From an uncultured Acidobacteriota bacterium (lineage in GTDB: Bacteria; Acidobacteriota; Thermoanaerobaculia; Multivoradales; UBA5704): 64,000 nucleotides of DNA. Within the stretch, counting starts at the first letter, position 1. Every line of letters begins with the position of its first letter. Position numbers and translations under genes: made by a program. Shown here piece after piece: positions 9,550 through 19,989 of the stretch. The stretch covers positions 6,629,101 to 6,693,100 of the forward strand of contig OY969112.1 in the NCBI GenBank assembly GCA_963698025.1, in the 5' to 3' direction. Under the pieces are notes generated by a model. The model was given only the letters and a program-made list of their open reading frames with translations. It did not search any database and had not been told where the DNA came from.

Positions 9550-10179
9550 TCAGTCCGCCCGCACCAGCGGCACGTCCACGAGGTGCTGCGAGAGGAACCA
9601 GACCTGGAGCTCGTTGGTCCGGATCACGTCGCTCACCAGGAGGTCGTTGGTGCCGTCGTCGTCGGACTCGTCGGCCTGGCCGGCCATCGAGCGCGACTCC
9701 TCCAGGAGGATCTCGTGGGCGTGCAGGAGCCGCGAGATCTGCACCGGAACCTCTTCCCGGCCGCGCGGGGGGCGCGGGATGATCGTCGTCTCCGCGATGT
9801 CGGGCGCCATCGCCAGGCTGACTCCGCCCAGCAGCTGAATGCGCTCCGCGATCTGGTCGACGAGCTCGTTCTGCTCCTCGTAATGCTTGTCGAAGAGGAG
9901 ATGGAGCTGGTAGAACGTGTGGCCCGCGACCTGCCAGTGATGCTTCTTGTAGAGATCCCGCAGCGTGATCGTATCCGCCAGAACCTGGTTCAGGTTCTCG
10001 ACGCTCTGGCGGCAGGCCGTCTCGCTCAGCGCGATCGGAAGCTTGACGATCGTGCCGAAGGGCTGGATCTCCATGGCCTTCTGGCCCACCAGCGGCCGGG
10101 CCCGGTCCATCACCTCGGGCTCCTTCGCCGCTCTCTTCGCGATCGTTTTCGAAGTCGTTTTCGCCGTCCCCTTAGCCAT
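9550..10179 (-). CDS. dps: Dps (DNA protection during starvation) ferritin-like protein with a Lys-rich N-terminal tail
   Basis: LYKKHHWQVAGHTFYQLHLLFDKHYEEQNELVDQIAERIQLLGG is the Dps ferroxidase-centre region. Start at internal Met (MAKGTAKTTSKTIAKRAAKE...) with an AGGAGGA Shine-Dalgarno sequence. The ORF-track N-terminal extension (391 aa) has no support. Confidence 0.85.
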   Translation of the reverse strand: MAKGTAKTTSKTIAKRAAKEPEVMDRARPLVGQKAMEIQPFGTIVKLPIALSETACRQSVENLNQVLADTITLRDLYKKHHWQVAGHTFYQLHLLFDKHYEEQNELVDQIAERIQLLGGVSLAMAPDIAETTIIPRPPRGREEVPVQISRLLHAHEILLEESRSMAGQADESDDDGTNDLLVSDVIRTNELQVWFLSQHLVDVPLVRAD

Positions 10180-10446
10180 CACCCATCCTCCTATCGGACC
10201 GGACCCGATCCGGCCGCGTTCAAAGTTTGTCGTTGCGTGATACCGGCAGCCCAGGGCACACGCCCTCCCGGGAAGCCGGCAAAAATAATCAGCACGAGGC
10301 ATGCCAACCCGGCAAGATTGTTCTGGATCCACCCATCCGGGAGAGAATCGGGCCGGACATCGCCGGGAGGGGGAGGAGAGACCATGGCCTGCCCGAGGTT
10401 CGCCGGCGCTGACGCGGTGGGGGCGGCGGAGTGACTCGAACCGGAC

Positions 10447-10821
10447 TTGCGGATCATGCTTGGACTGGAGTTTGCGACGGTGCGTATCGTTTGCACATCC
10501 TGCGGATGGCAACGTCCGCTGGGCTGTACCGGCGAGAAAAATGGCGTTCGCGCCGTCATCCGCATCCGCGATTGTCCCGACGCCTGCAACCTCTTGAGCG
10601 CACGAACACGATTCGTTCCGGCGGAACGAACGTTTCAGGAAATTGGCGAGCTCCTGCCAGGGTATCGAGACTTGCAGGAAGAGGCCTATGACAAGGGGCT
10701 GCTCAAGACCTTGGGCGAGCTCCAACCGCTCCTCATGGGAAAGCGTTGCCCACGTTGCAACGTGTCGGAGAAGCTGTCATTGAATCAGACTACATTCTTG
10801 GGGCGAGCACCCCGTTATTAG
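10447..10821 (+). CDS. Hypothetical Cys-rich small protein (possible zinc ribbon)
   Basis: TTG start in the ORF track; an ATG lies 9 nt downstream. Contains CTSCGW...C...C and CPRCNV pairs. Sits in a locally lower-GC stretch (10440-10960). No homology recognised. Confidence 0.3.
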   Translation: MRIMLGLEFATVRIVCTSCGWQRPLGCTGEKNGVRAVIRIRDCPDACNLLSARTRFVPAERTFQEIGELLPGYRDLQEEAYDKGLLKTLGELQPLLMGKRCPRCNVSEKLSLNQTTFLGRAPRY

Positions 10822-11194
10822 CCTGGAGACTGTCATCCAGCATGAACAATGATCTTTCTCTCGATGACCTCTGGAAATCCGTCCGCAGTGGATCTGTGTT
10901 CTTCGAGGAACTCCTGTCGCCCCTGACGGGGCTCTGGAGAGAATGAAAACGCGTCCTTCCCGGGGCTTACGCCGCCGGGCTACTTCCTGTCGCCCTCCGG
11001 GCTGGAGGCTGAGATGTGTATAGAGGGTGCGCTTCAGCGCCAGGTTGGCGGCCCCCCCAATCCCCATCCACCCTGAAGGGGTGGAACCCGACTCTCCGCT
11101 CATCCGAAAACTGTGCTGCAAGGGCATCCCCCCCTCGGGGCGAGGGGGGGAGCGGGAATGCCTACCTGGCGCTAAAGCACCAGGCTATTCAAAT

Positions 11195-11213
11195 TTCGCC
11201 CTTGCAGGGCGAA
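11195..11213 (-). terminator. Candidate intrinsic terminator downstream of the DUF1015 gene
   Basis: On the minus-strand RNA: UUCGCCC-UGCAA-GGGCGAA (7-bp stem) followed by AUUUGAAUAG, beginning 14 nt after the TAG stop at 11228. Confidence 0.3.
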
Positions 11214-11227
11214 GCCCCGGAGCGCGC

Positions 11228-12427
11228 CTACTCGACCTTCGAGTCGTGATCCGCCCAGACCAGGCCGGACATGACTTTCGGCAGGAACCGGGTCGACTTC
11301 GCCGGCAGCATCTGGCCGTCGGCGATCGCGGCGGCGAAGGCGGCGGGCTGCATGGGGGGGAGCCAGACGCCGGTGCCGAGCTCGCCGGCCTTCACCTGAT
11401 CCCAGAGCTCGTCGGGGTTCGCGCGGTAGACGACGGTGCCGTTCGTCGACGCCTCGGGCGGATGGCCGAGGGCGGAGAGGATCGTCTCCTGGAAGATCTC
11501 GACCGGCAGCTTGGTGGTGGAATGGAGATGCCAGATCTCGGGGTCGTGACCCTTCACCCAGACGCCGATCGCCGGCTGCCCGGCGGCGGCCACGGCGGCG
11601 GCGAATTCGCGGCCGTTCGCGCCGCGGAAGGTCTCCGTGGAGTCCGGCACGCCGGCCAGCTTGGCGAGATCGATCGGCTCCTTGAAGGCCCGATGGATCG
11701 GATCGATCGTCAGGGCGGGGGAGTCGAGGCTGGTGATCACGGTCAGCTTGGCGGCGGCGGCGGTGTCGGCCGCCGCGCCGTGCTCGCGGGCGAAGCGCTG
11801 GCCGACCTTGTAGCGATGGTGGCCGTCGGCGATGGCGGACGGCACGTCGAGCGCCTGGCGGTAGAGGGCGATGCGCGCCGGGTCGTCGATCCGGTAGAGG
11901 ACGTGGAAGTGGCCGTCGGCGTCGCGGTGGCGCACGAGGGGGGTGGCGCCCTGGAGATCCTCGTGGAGCAGGGCGTCGAGCCGGCCGCCGTCCTCGGAGA
12001 GGATGAGGGCGGGCTCGAGGTCGACCCGCATCGCCTCGAGCAGGGAGGTGCGGTCGGCGATCGCCTTCTCGAGCGTAGCCTCGTGCGGCCGGATGACCGC
12101 CGGATCCTCGTAGCGCACGAGGCCGAGGAGGCCCAGGCGCTCGCCGCCCCCCGCCAGCTCGATCACGTAGGGGTAGATCGCCGGCCTGGGGTCGCGCTCG
12201 ATGATCCCCTCCCGCAGCCAGCGATGGTGGAGAGCCGCGGCGAAGCGGTAGGGGTCTCCCCCCTCCGGGGCCACCGGCCGGGTCAGGTGGACGAACTGAT
12301 GCGGGGACTGGGTGTGGAACCGGTCCCGCGCGGAATCGTTGATCTGGTCATACGGCGGCGCGGCCAGCTCTCCGGCATCGCCCGCGTTTGGCGTGTAGTG
12401 CAGTCCTTCGAAAGCGTAGAGTCGCAT
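11228..12427 (-). CDS. DUF1015 family protein
   Basis: 399 aa. Conserved IADGHHRY motif and overall DUF1015-like layout. ATG preceded by a GGAGGAG Shine-Dalgarno sequence. Confidence 0.7.
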   Translation of the reverse strand: MRLYAFEGLHYTPNAGDAGELAAPPYDQINDSARDRFHTQSPHQFVHLTRPVAPEGGDPYRFAAALHHRWLREGIIERDPRPAIYPYVIELAGGGERLGLLGLVRYEDPAVIRPHEATLEKAIADRTSLLEAMRVDLEPALILSEDGGRLDALLHEDLQGATPLVRHRDADGHFHVLYRIDDPARIALYRQALDVPSAIADGHHRYKVGQRFAREHGAAADTAAAAKLTVITSLDSPALTIDPIHRAFKEPIDLAKLAGVPDSTETFRGANGREFAAAVAAAGQPAIGVWVKGHDPEIWHLHSTTKLPVEIFQETILSALGHPPEASTNGTVVYRANPDELWDQVKAGELGTGVWLPPMQPAAFAAAIADGQMLPAKSTRFLPKVMSGLVWADHDSKVE

Positions 12428-12512
12428 GGGTCTCCTCCGTCAGGCTGGGTATTGTAGCCGGCTTGCGTGTGCCGCCCGCCACCCCCGCCCGGGCATCAAT
12501 GCCCGGGCGGCC

Positions 12513-13244
12513 TCAGATCTCCCGCGCCAGCCACCGCGCCACCGCCATCCGCCTTTGGGTGTGGCGGACCTCGCGCAGGTAGGCGGGACTCTTGACGCCG
12601 GGGTGCCAGCTCTTGGGACGGGGGAGGCTGGCGGAGAGCTCGGCGGCTTGGCGGTCGGTGAGCCCCGCGGCGGACCGGCCGTAGTAGTGGCGGGCGGCGG
12701 CCTCGGCGCCGTAGATCCCCTCGCCGAATTCCGCCACGTTCAGGTAGATCTCCAGGATGCGTTGTTTCGAGAGCTCACCTTCCAACTGGTGGGTGAGGAT
12801 CGCCTCCTTGACCTTGCGCAGCGGGTTGTAGGAGCCGGAGAGCCAGAGGTTCTTGGCCACCTGCTGGGTGATGGTCGAGGCGCCGCGCGGGATCGACTTC
12901 TCCCGCCAGGCGTCCTGGAGGGCGGCCCGGATCTCGGCCTCGTCGAAGCCGTTGTGGGAGAAGAAGCGCATGTCTTCGTTGACCAGGACCGCCCGCTTGA
13001 GGCCCGCGGAGATCCGGGAGTAGGGCACCCAGGTCCACTGGACCTCCAGCTTCGGCCCGAGCAGCCCCCACCCTCGGTATTTCTCGATGAAGGCGGTGGA
13101 GCGCGGGTGCCCGTGGGCCAGAGCGGCGACGTCCGGCCAGGTAACGGCCTCCCAGGCGAGCCAGGCCGCGAGCAGGCCGAGGATCGCGAGGAGGAGACGG
13201 CGCCCGCGCCGGCGCCGGGATGGGGGGTAGGAGGGATCGGTCAC
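12513..13244 (-). CDS. mtgA: Monofunctional biosynthetic peptidoglycan transglycosylase
   Basis: Signal-anchor (RRRRGRRLLLAILGLLAAWLAW), then the GT51 motifs RFFSHNGFD and GASTITQQVAKN. GTG start. Confidence 0.85.
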   Translation of the reverse strand: MTDPSYPPSRRRRGRRLLLAILGLLAAWLAWEAVTWPDVAALAHGHPRSTAFIEKYRGWGLLGPKLEVQWTWVPYSRISAGLKRAVLVNEDMRFFSHNGFDEAEIRAALQDAWREKSIPRGASTITQQVAKNLWLSGSYNPLRKVKEAILTHQLEGELSKQRILEIYLNVAEFGEGIYGAEAAARHYYGRSAAGLTDRQAAELSASLPRPKSWHPGVKSPAYLREVRHTQRRMAVARWLAREI

Positions 13245-13338
13245 AGCCGGGTCATCCTATCGAAATGGAGGAAATGTGTGGAAATTGCGATATGCTTTGG
13301 CGGCATTGATACACGTCACCTTTCGACAAGGAGCCGCG

Positions 13339-16300
13339 ATGAAGAAGCAGATCCTGGGATTACATCTTGCCTTTCTCTTTCTGCTGTCCCTGGCGGCCCC
13401 CGGCGGTCTCGCCGCGGCGGGGCCGGCCTGCGACCGCTCGGGTTGCGGGTTCGCCACCTGCGCGACGCCCGCCGCGCCGGCGCCCTCGGACCGCTGGGGG
13501 GGCCTGCGACCGGTCAGCACCTATACGTCCTGCGGCCGGTTCGGGCCCGCCTTCTGCACGGATTCGAGCGCGTTTCTCGAACAGCAGCAGGCCTACTCGA
13601 GCTTCCCCTGGTTCATGTCGCTGGACACGGAGAATCAGTACCTCTTCATCGCCCTCTCGCACGGGCTCCAGGTCTGGGACGCGCACAGCGGGATCGCGCA
13701 GCCGCTCTCCCAGCTCTCGTTCCAGGCCTTCCCGGTCTGGAGCGGCAACCCGGAAGTGAAGTGGCCGCTCCAGGACGTGGACGCGCCGGCCAACGTGGAC
13801 GACGAGGTGGCGGTCGCCGGGGCATCGGGCATCGGCCTCGGCATCATCGACCTGGCGGACAAGAGCAACCCCAAGTTCCTCTACCAGAACTACAAGAAGG
13901 AGGGGAATCAGGTCTACGCCGCGACTCTCGGCGGCCGGCGCTATGCCTTCCTGGCGGCGACGGGCGGCGAGCCGACCGGCGGTCTCTACGCCTATGACAT
14001 GACCCTGGCGAAGTCCTACAGCTCCTGCGCCGAGGCGGTTCCCGCCGGCGGCGAGGCGGTCCACTGCCCGGGGGTCTTCCTGGGCCGGATCGGCGCCAAG
14101 ACGTCGGTGGGCTTCGTCGACGGCGTGGACCAGTTCGTGGTGGCGAGCGCGGGCTCCTCGCGCGGCCTGGAGATCTGGAACCTCGCCAATCCGACGAGCC
14201 CGCAGCTGATGATCTCGGCGCTGACCGACCGGACGGTCAACGGGGTCGCCCTCTGGAAGCAGGGGGGCGCCTACTACCTCGCCGCGCGGACCGCGGCGTT
14301 CGAGGCCGCCGCCGGACGGGAGGTGCACCGCCTGGCCATCTACAACGTCAGCTGTCTCGCGAGCTCCTGCTCGGGACTCGGCTCGCCGCTCTTCACGGGC
14401 GAGTTCGACGGCCAGGGGAACGAGCTCATCGACTATTCGGTCAGCAACGGCACCCCCTTCCTCTACCTGGGGACGGACAGCCGCTGCTTCACCGGCATCC
14501 AGCGTGAGTGGCTGCTCGACGTCACCAACCCCGCGGCGCCGCAGGACATCTCCCCCTTCAATTACTGGGGGTGGTACTACCGGACCGGACCGACCGGCTT
14601 CAACCTGGTCGCCCCCCGCTCGGGCAAGTTCGTGGGGAGCGTCTTCTATCGCGCGGCGCTGTCGCTCTTCGACTCCCACCAGCGCACCGGCACGACCGGC
14701 GGCGGCGGCTCGGCGATCGACATCGCCGGCCCCGACAACGGTCAGACCGGCGGCCTCTACTCGTTCACCGCCACGGCGACCGGCTGCACGCCGAACCCCA
14801 ACGGCTGGACCTGGAGCGTCGGCGACGGCGCGATCGTGGGGGCGGCCACCGGGCCGCAGGTCGCGGTGACCTGGTCGAACCCGGGGAACAAGCCGGTCTC
14901 GGCCACCAACTCCGCCTGCGGCAGCGCCCTCGGGTTGAAGGGGATCTCGATCTCGGGGACCGGCTCCCTGACCGCGAGCTTCACCTACTCGCCGAGCGCG
15001 CCGCAGCCCGGGCAGGTGGTCACCTTCGACGCCAGCTCCTCGGCGGGCGGCCCCACCCAGTACGCCTGGGACTTCGGCGACGGCACGACCGCCGTGGGCA
15101 AGATCGTCACCCACAGCTTCGCCAACGCCGGCGGCTATATCGTCCGGCTGACGGTGAGCCGCGCGGATTCCTCCGCCCAGGTCCAGCGGTCGGTGGCCGT
15201 GATCTCGAACGCGCCGCCGCCGCCCGACGCCTCGTTCCAGACCAGCGCCACGTGCGTCAATCAGTTCGGCTTCCTCCAGTGCCAGGCCAACGCCGGCGAC
15301 GTCGTGAGCTTCACCGCCAACGCCACGGGCGCGGTGACCTACGCCTGGGACTTCGGCGACGGCGGCACGGCCACGGGGCGCACGGCGACCCACGCCTGGG
15401 CTCAGGCCGGGAGCTATTCGGTCCATCTCACGGTGAGCAACGGCCCGACGACCAGCAGCACGAACAAGACCTTCCAGATCACCTCGACCGGAGGACCCGA
15501 CCCTGGTGACCCCGGCTCCCCCTCCCCCGTGCAGGGGGTGCTCCTCCCGTGGATCGCCGAGACCTCGGGAGCGCTGGTGCAGACCACCGGCCTCTACGTC
15601 TACAACCCGGGGATCTCGGCCGTCACCGTGACGATCGAGTTCCGCAAGCGCGGCCTGCCCGAGGCGAATCCGCCGCGGGCGAACCGCACGATCGCTCCCG
15701 GGGCGACCCTCTTCCTCGCGGACGTGATCAAGGATCTCTTCGGCCTGCAGAACGTGAGCGGCTACCTCTCGATCACCCCCCAGGGAACGGTCGACACCGC
15801 GCCCGTGGTGGCCTCGTTCAACACCACGATCCAGGGGGGCCTCCGGTTCGGCCAGACCGTGCCCGGGGTGACGCTGGGCGGCACCGTGCCGGCGACCCAG
15901 AACCTGGTGGGCCTGAGCGGGGACGCCGACCGGCTCTCCTACTTCGGCGTCACCAATCCCAACCCGGCGCCCGCAACCTATCGCGCGCGCTTCTTCAACG
16001 CCGCGGGAGTCCAGATCGCCGTGACCCCCGTGCTGACCGTGTCGGCCTTCGGCCAGAAGCAGTTCCAGGGGGCGGAGATCCAGGGGACCTACGGCGTCTC
16101 CGGCCATGACTACCGCGTCCAGGTGGAGACGGTCACGGGCGGCCCGCTCTACCCCTACGGCTCGGTCATCCGGCTGGCCACCAGCGATCCGTCCTTCCTG
16201 GAGGCGGGGATGACGCAGACCTCCCGGGTCTACCTGCTGGGATCGCTCTCCGCGCCGGGTCCCTTCGGCAGCCTCTGGCGGACCGACGCGGTGATCGGCA

Positions 16301-16923
16301 ACCCCGGCGCCACGGCGCTCCACGCGGACCTGTTCTTCACCGGCGTCGGCGTCTCCGCGCAGCCCACCGCGCCGGTGTCGCTCACCCTCCAGCCCGGAGA
16401 GACGCTGCGCCTCGTGGACGTCATCCACGGCAAGTGGAACCTCACCAACGCCATCGGCGTCCTGACGCTGGTCAGCCGCGAGCCCTCGGGCGCGCTGCCG
16501 ATCTTCCAGGGGGACAGCTACAACAACGCGCATCCGACCCAGCTCTTCGGGCAGTCGATCGCGGCCCAGGGGGACCTCGATGCGGCGGCGGAGGGGCACC
16601 AGGTGGTGCTCACCGGCCTGCGGCAGGACACCGCCTACCGGACCACCCTCTGGCTGTTCAACCCGTCGGCGAGCCAGGCGGGGCTCTATGACGTGATCTA
16701 CCGGGCGCTCGACGGCACCGTGCTCGGCCGCCTCAACGCGGTCGCGCTCGCTCCCGGCAGGGCCCGGCAGCTCAGCGCCAACCAGCACCCCATTCCGGCC
16801 GCCGGGGTGACGGGGGGCTTCACGGTGGAGGTGGTGGTGCGGGCCGGCAAGCTCCTCGCCGCGGGGCAGGTGGTCAACAACGCCACCAACGACCCGGCCT
16901 ACGTACAGGGTGCGGCGCGTTGA
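13339..16923 (+). CDS. Large secreted PKD-domain protein (about 1195 aa)
   Basis: Start at internal Met 22 (MKKQILGLHLAFLFLLSLAAPGGLAAAG, a signal peptide) with an AAGGAG Shine-Dalgarno sequence. Three PKD-like modules, including two classic YAWDFGDGTTA/YAWDFGDGGTA motifs, followed by about 440 aa of two roughly 200-aa C-terminal repeats. Confidence 0.75.
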   Translation: MKKQILGLHLAFLFLLSLAAPGGLAAAGPACDRSGCGFATCATPAAPAPSDRWGGLRPVSTYTSCGRFGPAFCTDSSAFLEQQQAYSSFPWFMSLDTENQYLFIALSHGLQVWDAHSGIAQPLSQLSFQAFPVWSGNPEVKWPLQDVDAPANVDDEVAVAGASGIGLGIIDLADKSNPKFLYQNYKKEGNQVYAATLGGRRYAFLAATGGEPTGGLYAYDMTLAKSYSSCAEAVPAGGEAVHCPGVFLGRIGAKTSVGFVDGVDQFVVASAGSSRGLEIWNLANPTSPQLMISALTDRTVNGVALWKQGGAYYLAARTAAFEAAAGREVHRLAIYNVSCLASSCSGLGSPLFTGEFDGQGNELIDYSVSNGTPFLYLGTDSRCFTGIQREWLLDVTNPAAPQDISPFNYWGWYYRTGPTGFNLVAPRSGKFVGSVFYRAALSLFDSHQRTGTTGGGGSAIDIAGPDNGQTGGLYSFTATATGCTPNPNGWTWSVGDGAIVGAATGPQVAVTWSNPGNKPVSATNSACGSALGLKGISISGTGSLTASFTYSPSAPQPGQVVTFDASSSAGGPTQYAWDFGDGTTAVGKIVTHSFANAGGYIVRLTVSRADSSAQVQRSVAVISNAPPPPDASFQTSATCVNQFGFLQCQANAGDVVSFTANATGAVTYAWDFGDGGTATGRTATHAWAQAGSYSVHLTVSNGPTTSSTNKTFQITSTGGPDPGDPGSPSPVQGVLLPWIAETSGALVQTTGLYVYNPGISAVTVTIEFRKRGLPEANPPRANRTIAPGATLFLADVIKDLFGLQNVSGYLSITPQGTVDTAPVVASFNTTIQGGLRFGQTVPGVTLGGTVPATQNLVGLSGDADRLSYFGVTNPNPAPATYRARFFNAAGVQIAVTPVLTVSAFGQKQFQGAEIQGTYGVSGHDYRVQVETVTGGPLYPYGSVIRLATSDPSFLEAGMTQTSRVYLLGSLSAPGPFGSLWRTDAVIGNPGATALHADLFFTGVGVSAQPTAPVSLTLQPGETLRLVDVIHGKWNLTNAIGVLTLVSREPSGALPIFQGDSYNNAHPTQLFGQSIAAQGDLDAAAEGHQVVLTGLRQDTAYRTTLWLFNPSASQAGLYDVIYRALDGTVLGRLNAVALAPGRARQLSANQHPIPAAGVTGGFTVEVVVRAGKLLAAGQVVNNATNDPAYVQGAAR

Positions 16924-17091
16924 AGCGGTAAACAAGCCTTGGGGGGGCCGGCTCGGTTTTCGAGAGGCCCCCCGGGTAACTTAGTGGTAAAATGCTATGA
17001 ATCGGAAGAGGCGGCCGCCGCGGTGTTTCCTCCACGGGCGAGACTCGGCGATCGGCGGCGCTCCGCAGCACCTCGAAAAAAAGGAGATCAG

Positions 17092-18876
17092 ATGGACAGA
17101 TTCTTCGCTCCCAGACGGCTCGCGCTGGCGGTAGGCCTCGGCGCTCTGCTGGCGTCGAGCGCCACCGGCTGGGCCGAGCCCCCGGCTTCCAGCGACGATC
17201 CGGCCGAGACGTTCGGCGTCCAGGGACCCGCGTCCCGCAAGCCCGTGCAGGCGGTGCGCCCCACGCCCGCGGAGAGGATGGGAGTCACCCTGGGCAATCT
17301 GCCGGAGGTCCGCCTCCCCGCCCTGGACACCGGTGCGCTGCTCAAGGAGGACGCCCTGGTGGAGCGCGGAGCGAGGATGAAGGCCCTTCGCTTCGGCGTC
17401 GGCCGCGGCGTCCAGGTCTCCGTGCAGGACGGCAACTGGTACGACGTCGCGGGCGGCGCCCGTCTGTGGGCGGCTGAGATCGCCTCGACCGACGCCCTCG
17501 GCCTCCGCCTCCACTTCAAGAACGTCCAGCTGCCGGACGGCGCCGAGCTGGCCATCTACGCGACCGGCACGAACGGCGTCGCCAAGAGCGGCTATTCGCG
17601 GTTCGATCCGGAACGACACGTGGAGTTCCACGAAGCCTCCGCGGCCGCGGGCAACGAGTTCTGGACCGGCTCGTTCTTCGGCGACCGGGTGCGCATCGAA
17701 TATCTGACTCCGGCTGGCGCCCCGGCCGAGCTGCCGTTCGCGGTGGACAGCCTGCAGCACTACTACCTCGATCCGGTGGCGAAGGTCGCCCGCAGCCTGG
17801 TGGGCGAGAAGGCGGCCGGCGCCTGCGAGAACGACGTGACCTGCTACCCCGAGTGGGCGGACGTGGCCCGGGGCGTCGCCAACATCGCCTTCGTCGACGG
17901 CGACGGCACCTTCTTCTGCTCCGGCCAGCTCCTCAACGACAATGCCCAGGACTTCACGCCTTACTTCCTGACCGCCAACCACTGCATCAGCAAGCCGGGT
18001 CCGGCGGCGTCGGCGGAGTTCTTCTGGTTCTACCAGACCTCGGCGTGCAACGGGAACCCGCCGTCGCTCGAGAGCGTTCCGCGGTCGGTCGGAGCGTCGC
18101 TGGTGTCGACCAACACCGTTTCCGACTACACGCTGTTGATGGTCCAGGGAGCGCTGCCGGACAACGTCTACTGGGTCGGCTGGACGGGGAAGGCCGTGCC
18201 CGACGGCACGGACGCGGTAGCCGTCCACCATCCGGCGATGGATTACAAGCGGATCAGCTTCGGCTTCAAGCAGAACAACTCCGCCTGCTACGGCTTCCAG
18301 GGCACGCGGGGGCTGCAGCTGGTGCGGACCACCTGGACCGACGGCGTGACCGAAGGGGGCTCTTCGGGCTCGGGGATCTACCGGGCCGACACCCAGCAGC
18401 TCTACGGCCAGCTCTTCTTCGGCCCCTCGTCCTGCAAGGCCGCCGATGAAAACCGCTGGGACTGCTACGGCGCGTTCACCACCACCTACACGAAGATCAA
18501 GAAGTTCCTGACCAGCGGCTCGGACGACAACTCGGAGCAGAACGATTCCTGCGCCAGGGCGAAGACGGTGAGGAACGGCAAGCTCAACGGCCGCATCGTC
18601 AAGGTGACCGATACCGACTGGTACAGGATCAGCGTGCCGAAGGGCAAGACCGTCACCGTCACCGTGAGCTTCAGCAACGGCAATGGCGACATCGACCTCG
18701 CGGGCTTCGGCAGCTGCTCCGGCGGCGACCCCGCCGCCAGCTCGACAGGAGACGGCGACTCCGAGACGATCTCGCTGACCAACGTGGGGAACAAGTCGAC
18801 CTTCGCCTACTGGCAGGTCTACCTGGGCTCCTCGACGCGCAACCTCTACAACATGTCGGTCTCGGTCCACAACTAG
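17092..18876 (+). CDS. Secreted trypsin-like (S1 family) serine peptidase with a C-terminal pre-peptidase (PPC) domain
   Basis: Start at internal Met 52 (MDRFFAPRRLALAVGLGALLASSATGWA, a signal peptide) with an AAGGAG Shine-Dalgarno sequence. FFCSGQLL...LTANHCI (His motif) and GGSSGSGIY (Ser motif). C-terminal CARAKTVRNGKLNGRIVKVTDTDWYRISV...GDIDL is PPC-like. Confidence 0.7.
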   Translation: MDRFFAPRRLALAVGLGALLASSATGWAEPPASSDDPAETFGVQGPASRKPVQAVRPTPAERMGVTLGNLPEVRLPALDTGALLKEDALVERGARMKALRFGVGRGVQVSVQDGNWYDVAGGARLWAAEIASTDALGLRLHFKNVQLPDGAELAIYATGTNGVAKSGYSRFDPERHVEFHEASAAAGNEFWTGSFFGDRVRIEYLTPAGAPAELPFAVDSLQHYYLDPVAKVARSLVGEKAAGACENDVTCYPEWADVARGVANIAFVDGDGTFFCSGQLLNDNAQDFTPYFLTANHCISKPGPAASAEFFWFYQTSACNGNPPSLESVPRSVGASLVSTNTVSDYTLLMVQGALPDNVYWVGWTGKAVPDGTDAVAVHHPAMDYKRISFGFKQNNSACYGFQGTRGLQLVRTTWTDGVTEGGSSGSGIYRADTQQLYGQLFFGPSSCKAADENRWDCYGAFTTTYTKIKKFLTSGSDDNSEQNDSCARAKTVRNGKLNGRIVKVTDTDWYRISVPKGKTVTVTVSFSNGNGDIDLAGFGSCSGGDPAASSTGDGDSETISLTNVGNKSTFAYWQVYLGSSTRNLYNMSVSVHN

Positions 18877-18924
18877 AACGGGACCTTTCACGCCGGGCCC
18901 GGAACGAGTCTCCGAGCCCGGCGC

Positions 18925-19989
18925 TTGCGCGCCCCACCCTCTCCCTTGCCGCCCATCTCCGTCCCCCTGCACGCTCCCGAGCTGGCGCCCGGCCTGTGGG
19001 TCCAGGGGCCGGAGGTATCGATTCGCGCCGCTCGCGGCCGCGTCGTGCTGGTGGACTTCTGGGAATCCACCTGCGTCAACTGCCTGCGCACGCTGCCATA
19101 TCTCAAGGCCTGGCACGAGCGCTACGCCGGCCGCGGGCTCGCGATCGTGGGCGTGCACACGCCGGAATTCGAGCTCTCCGCCGATCCCGCCCTGGTCGCG
19201 GCGGCCGTGCGGGACGAGGGGATCCCCTACTCCGTGCTGCTCGACGCCGGCCGTGCCACCTGGGACCGCTTCGCCAACCACTACTGGCCGGCCAAGTATC
19301 TGATCGACGCCCGCGGCTACCTGCGCTACGAACGGTTCGGCGAGGGGGCCTACGGCGAGACCGAGGACTGGATTCAGCGCCTGCTGCGTGAGGCCGGGGA
19401 CACGGGCGCGATGCCTGCCATCCTCGAGCCAGTGCGCGCCGAGGACCGGCCCGGGGCGGTCTGCCATCCGGCCACCCGCGAGACCCACGTCGGCTTCCAT
19501 CGCGGCCGGCTGCTGGCGGCCGAGGGGTACCGGCCGAGCGAGGAGGTGAGCCATCGCCAGCGCGAGGAGGGTCCGGCGCCGCCGGGGATGTTCGCCGTCC
19601 GTGGCCGCTGGCTCCACGAGGCCGAGTTCCTGGAGACCCGCGAGCCGGGAGCGGAGCTGGATCTGGTCTGCGACGCGGCCGGGGTAAACCTGGTGCTGGC
19701 GCCGGCGGGGGAGTTGGAGATCGAAGTGGATGGCGCCCCGGTCGCGACGGCGGAGCGTGGGGCCGACCTGGTGGAGCGCGACGGCCGCACCTTCGCCGTC
19801 TGGGAACGCGGACGGATGGTTCGTCTCGTCGACTCCGGCGTATTTCGCCGCCGGCGCCTGGTGCTGCGGTTTCCGCGGGTGGGGGTGCGGGCCTACGTGT
19901 TCAGCTTCTCGACGTGCGTGCCCTCATCACCCCGGCCCTCTTCTCCCGACCCGGGAGAAGAGGGGGGCTCTCCGTCGAAGGCTTCGTAG
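18925..19989 (+). CDS. Thioredoxin-fold (TlpA/redoxin-like) thiol-disulfide oxidoreductase with a C-terminal extension
   Basis: VVLVDFWESTCVNCLRTLPYL has the CxxC motif. TTG start in the ORF track, so the start is uncertain. The last ~25 codons run into the palindromic element at 19921-20059. Confidence 0.6.
   Translation: MRAPPSPLPPISVPLHAPELAPGLWVQGPEVSIRAARGRVVLVDFWESTCVNCLRTLPYLKAWHERYAGRGLAIVGVHTPEFELSADPALVAAAVRDEGIPYSVLLDAGRATWDRFANHYWPAKYLIDARGYLRYERFGEGAYGETEDWIQRLLREAGDTGAMPAILEPVRAEDRPGAVCHPATRETHVGFHRGRLLAAEGYRPSEEVSHRQREEGPAPPGMFAVRGRWLHEAEFLETREPGAELDLVCDAAGVNLVLAPAGELEIEVDGAPVATAERGADLVERDGRTFAVWERGRMVRLVDSGVFRRRRLVLRFPRVGVRAYVFSFSTCVPSSPRPSSPDPGEEGGSPSKAS

Noticed and set aside
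10180-10725. N-terminal extension of the Dps ORF (391 aa in the track)
   Set aside because: Dps homology and a strong Shine-Dalgarno sequence begin at the internal Met (10179). The extension is low-complexity.
13360-16935. 1191-aa ORF on the minus strand
   Set aside because: It is exactly antisense to the PKD-domain gene. Its translation is Arg/Gly/Pro-rich low-complexity sequence of the kind produced by reading high-GC DNA in the wrong frame. No Shine-Dalgarno sequence and no domains.
16981-19617. 878-aa ORF on the minus strand
   Set aside because: Antisense to the S1 peptidase and thioredoxin-like genes, with low-complexity RGD-rich translation.
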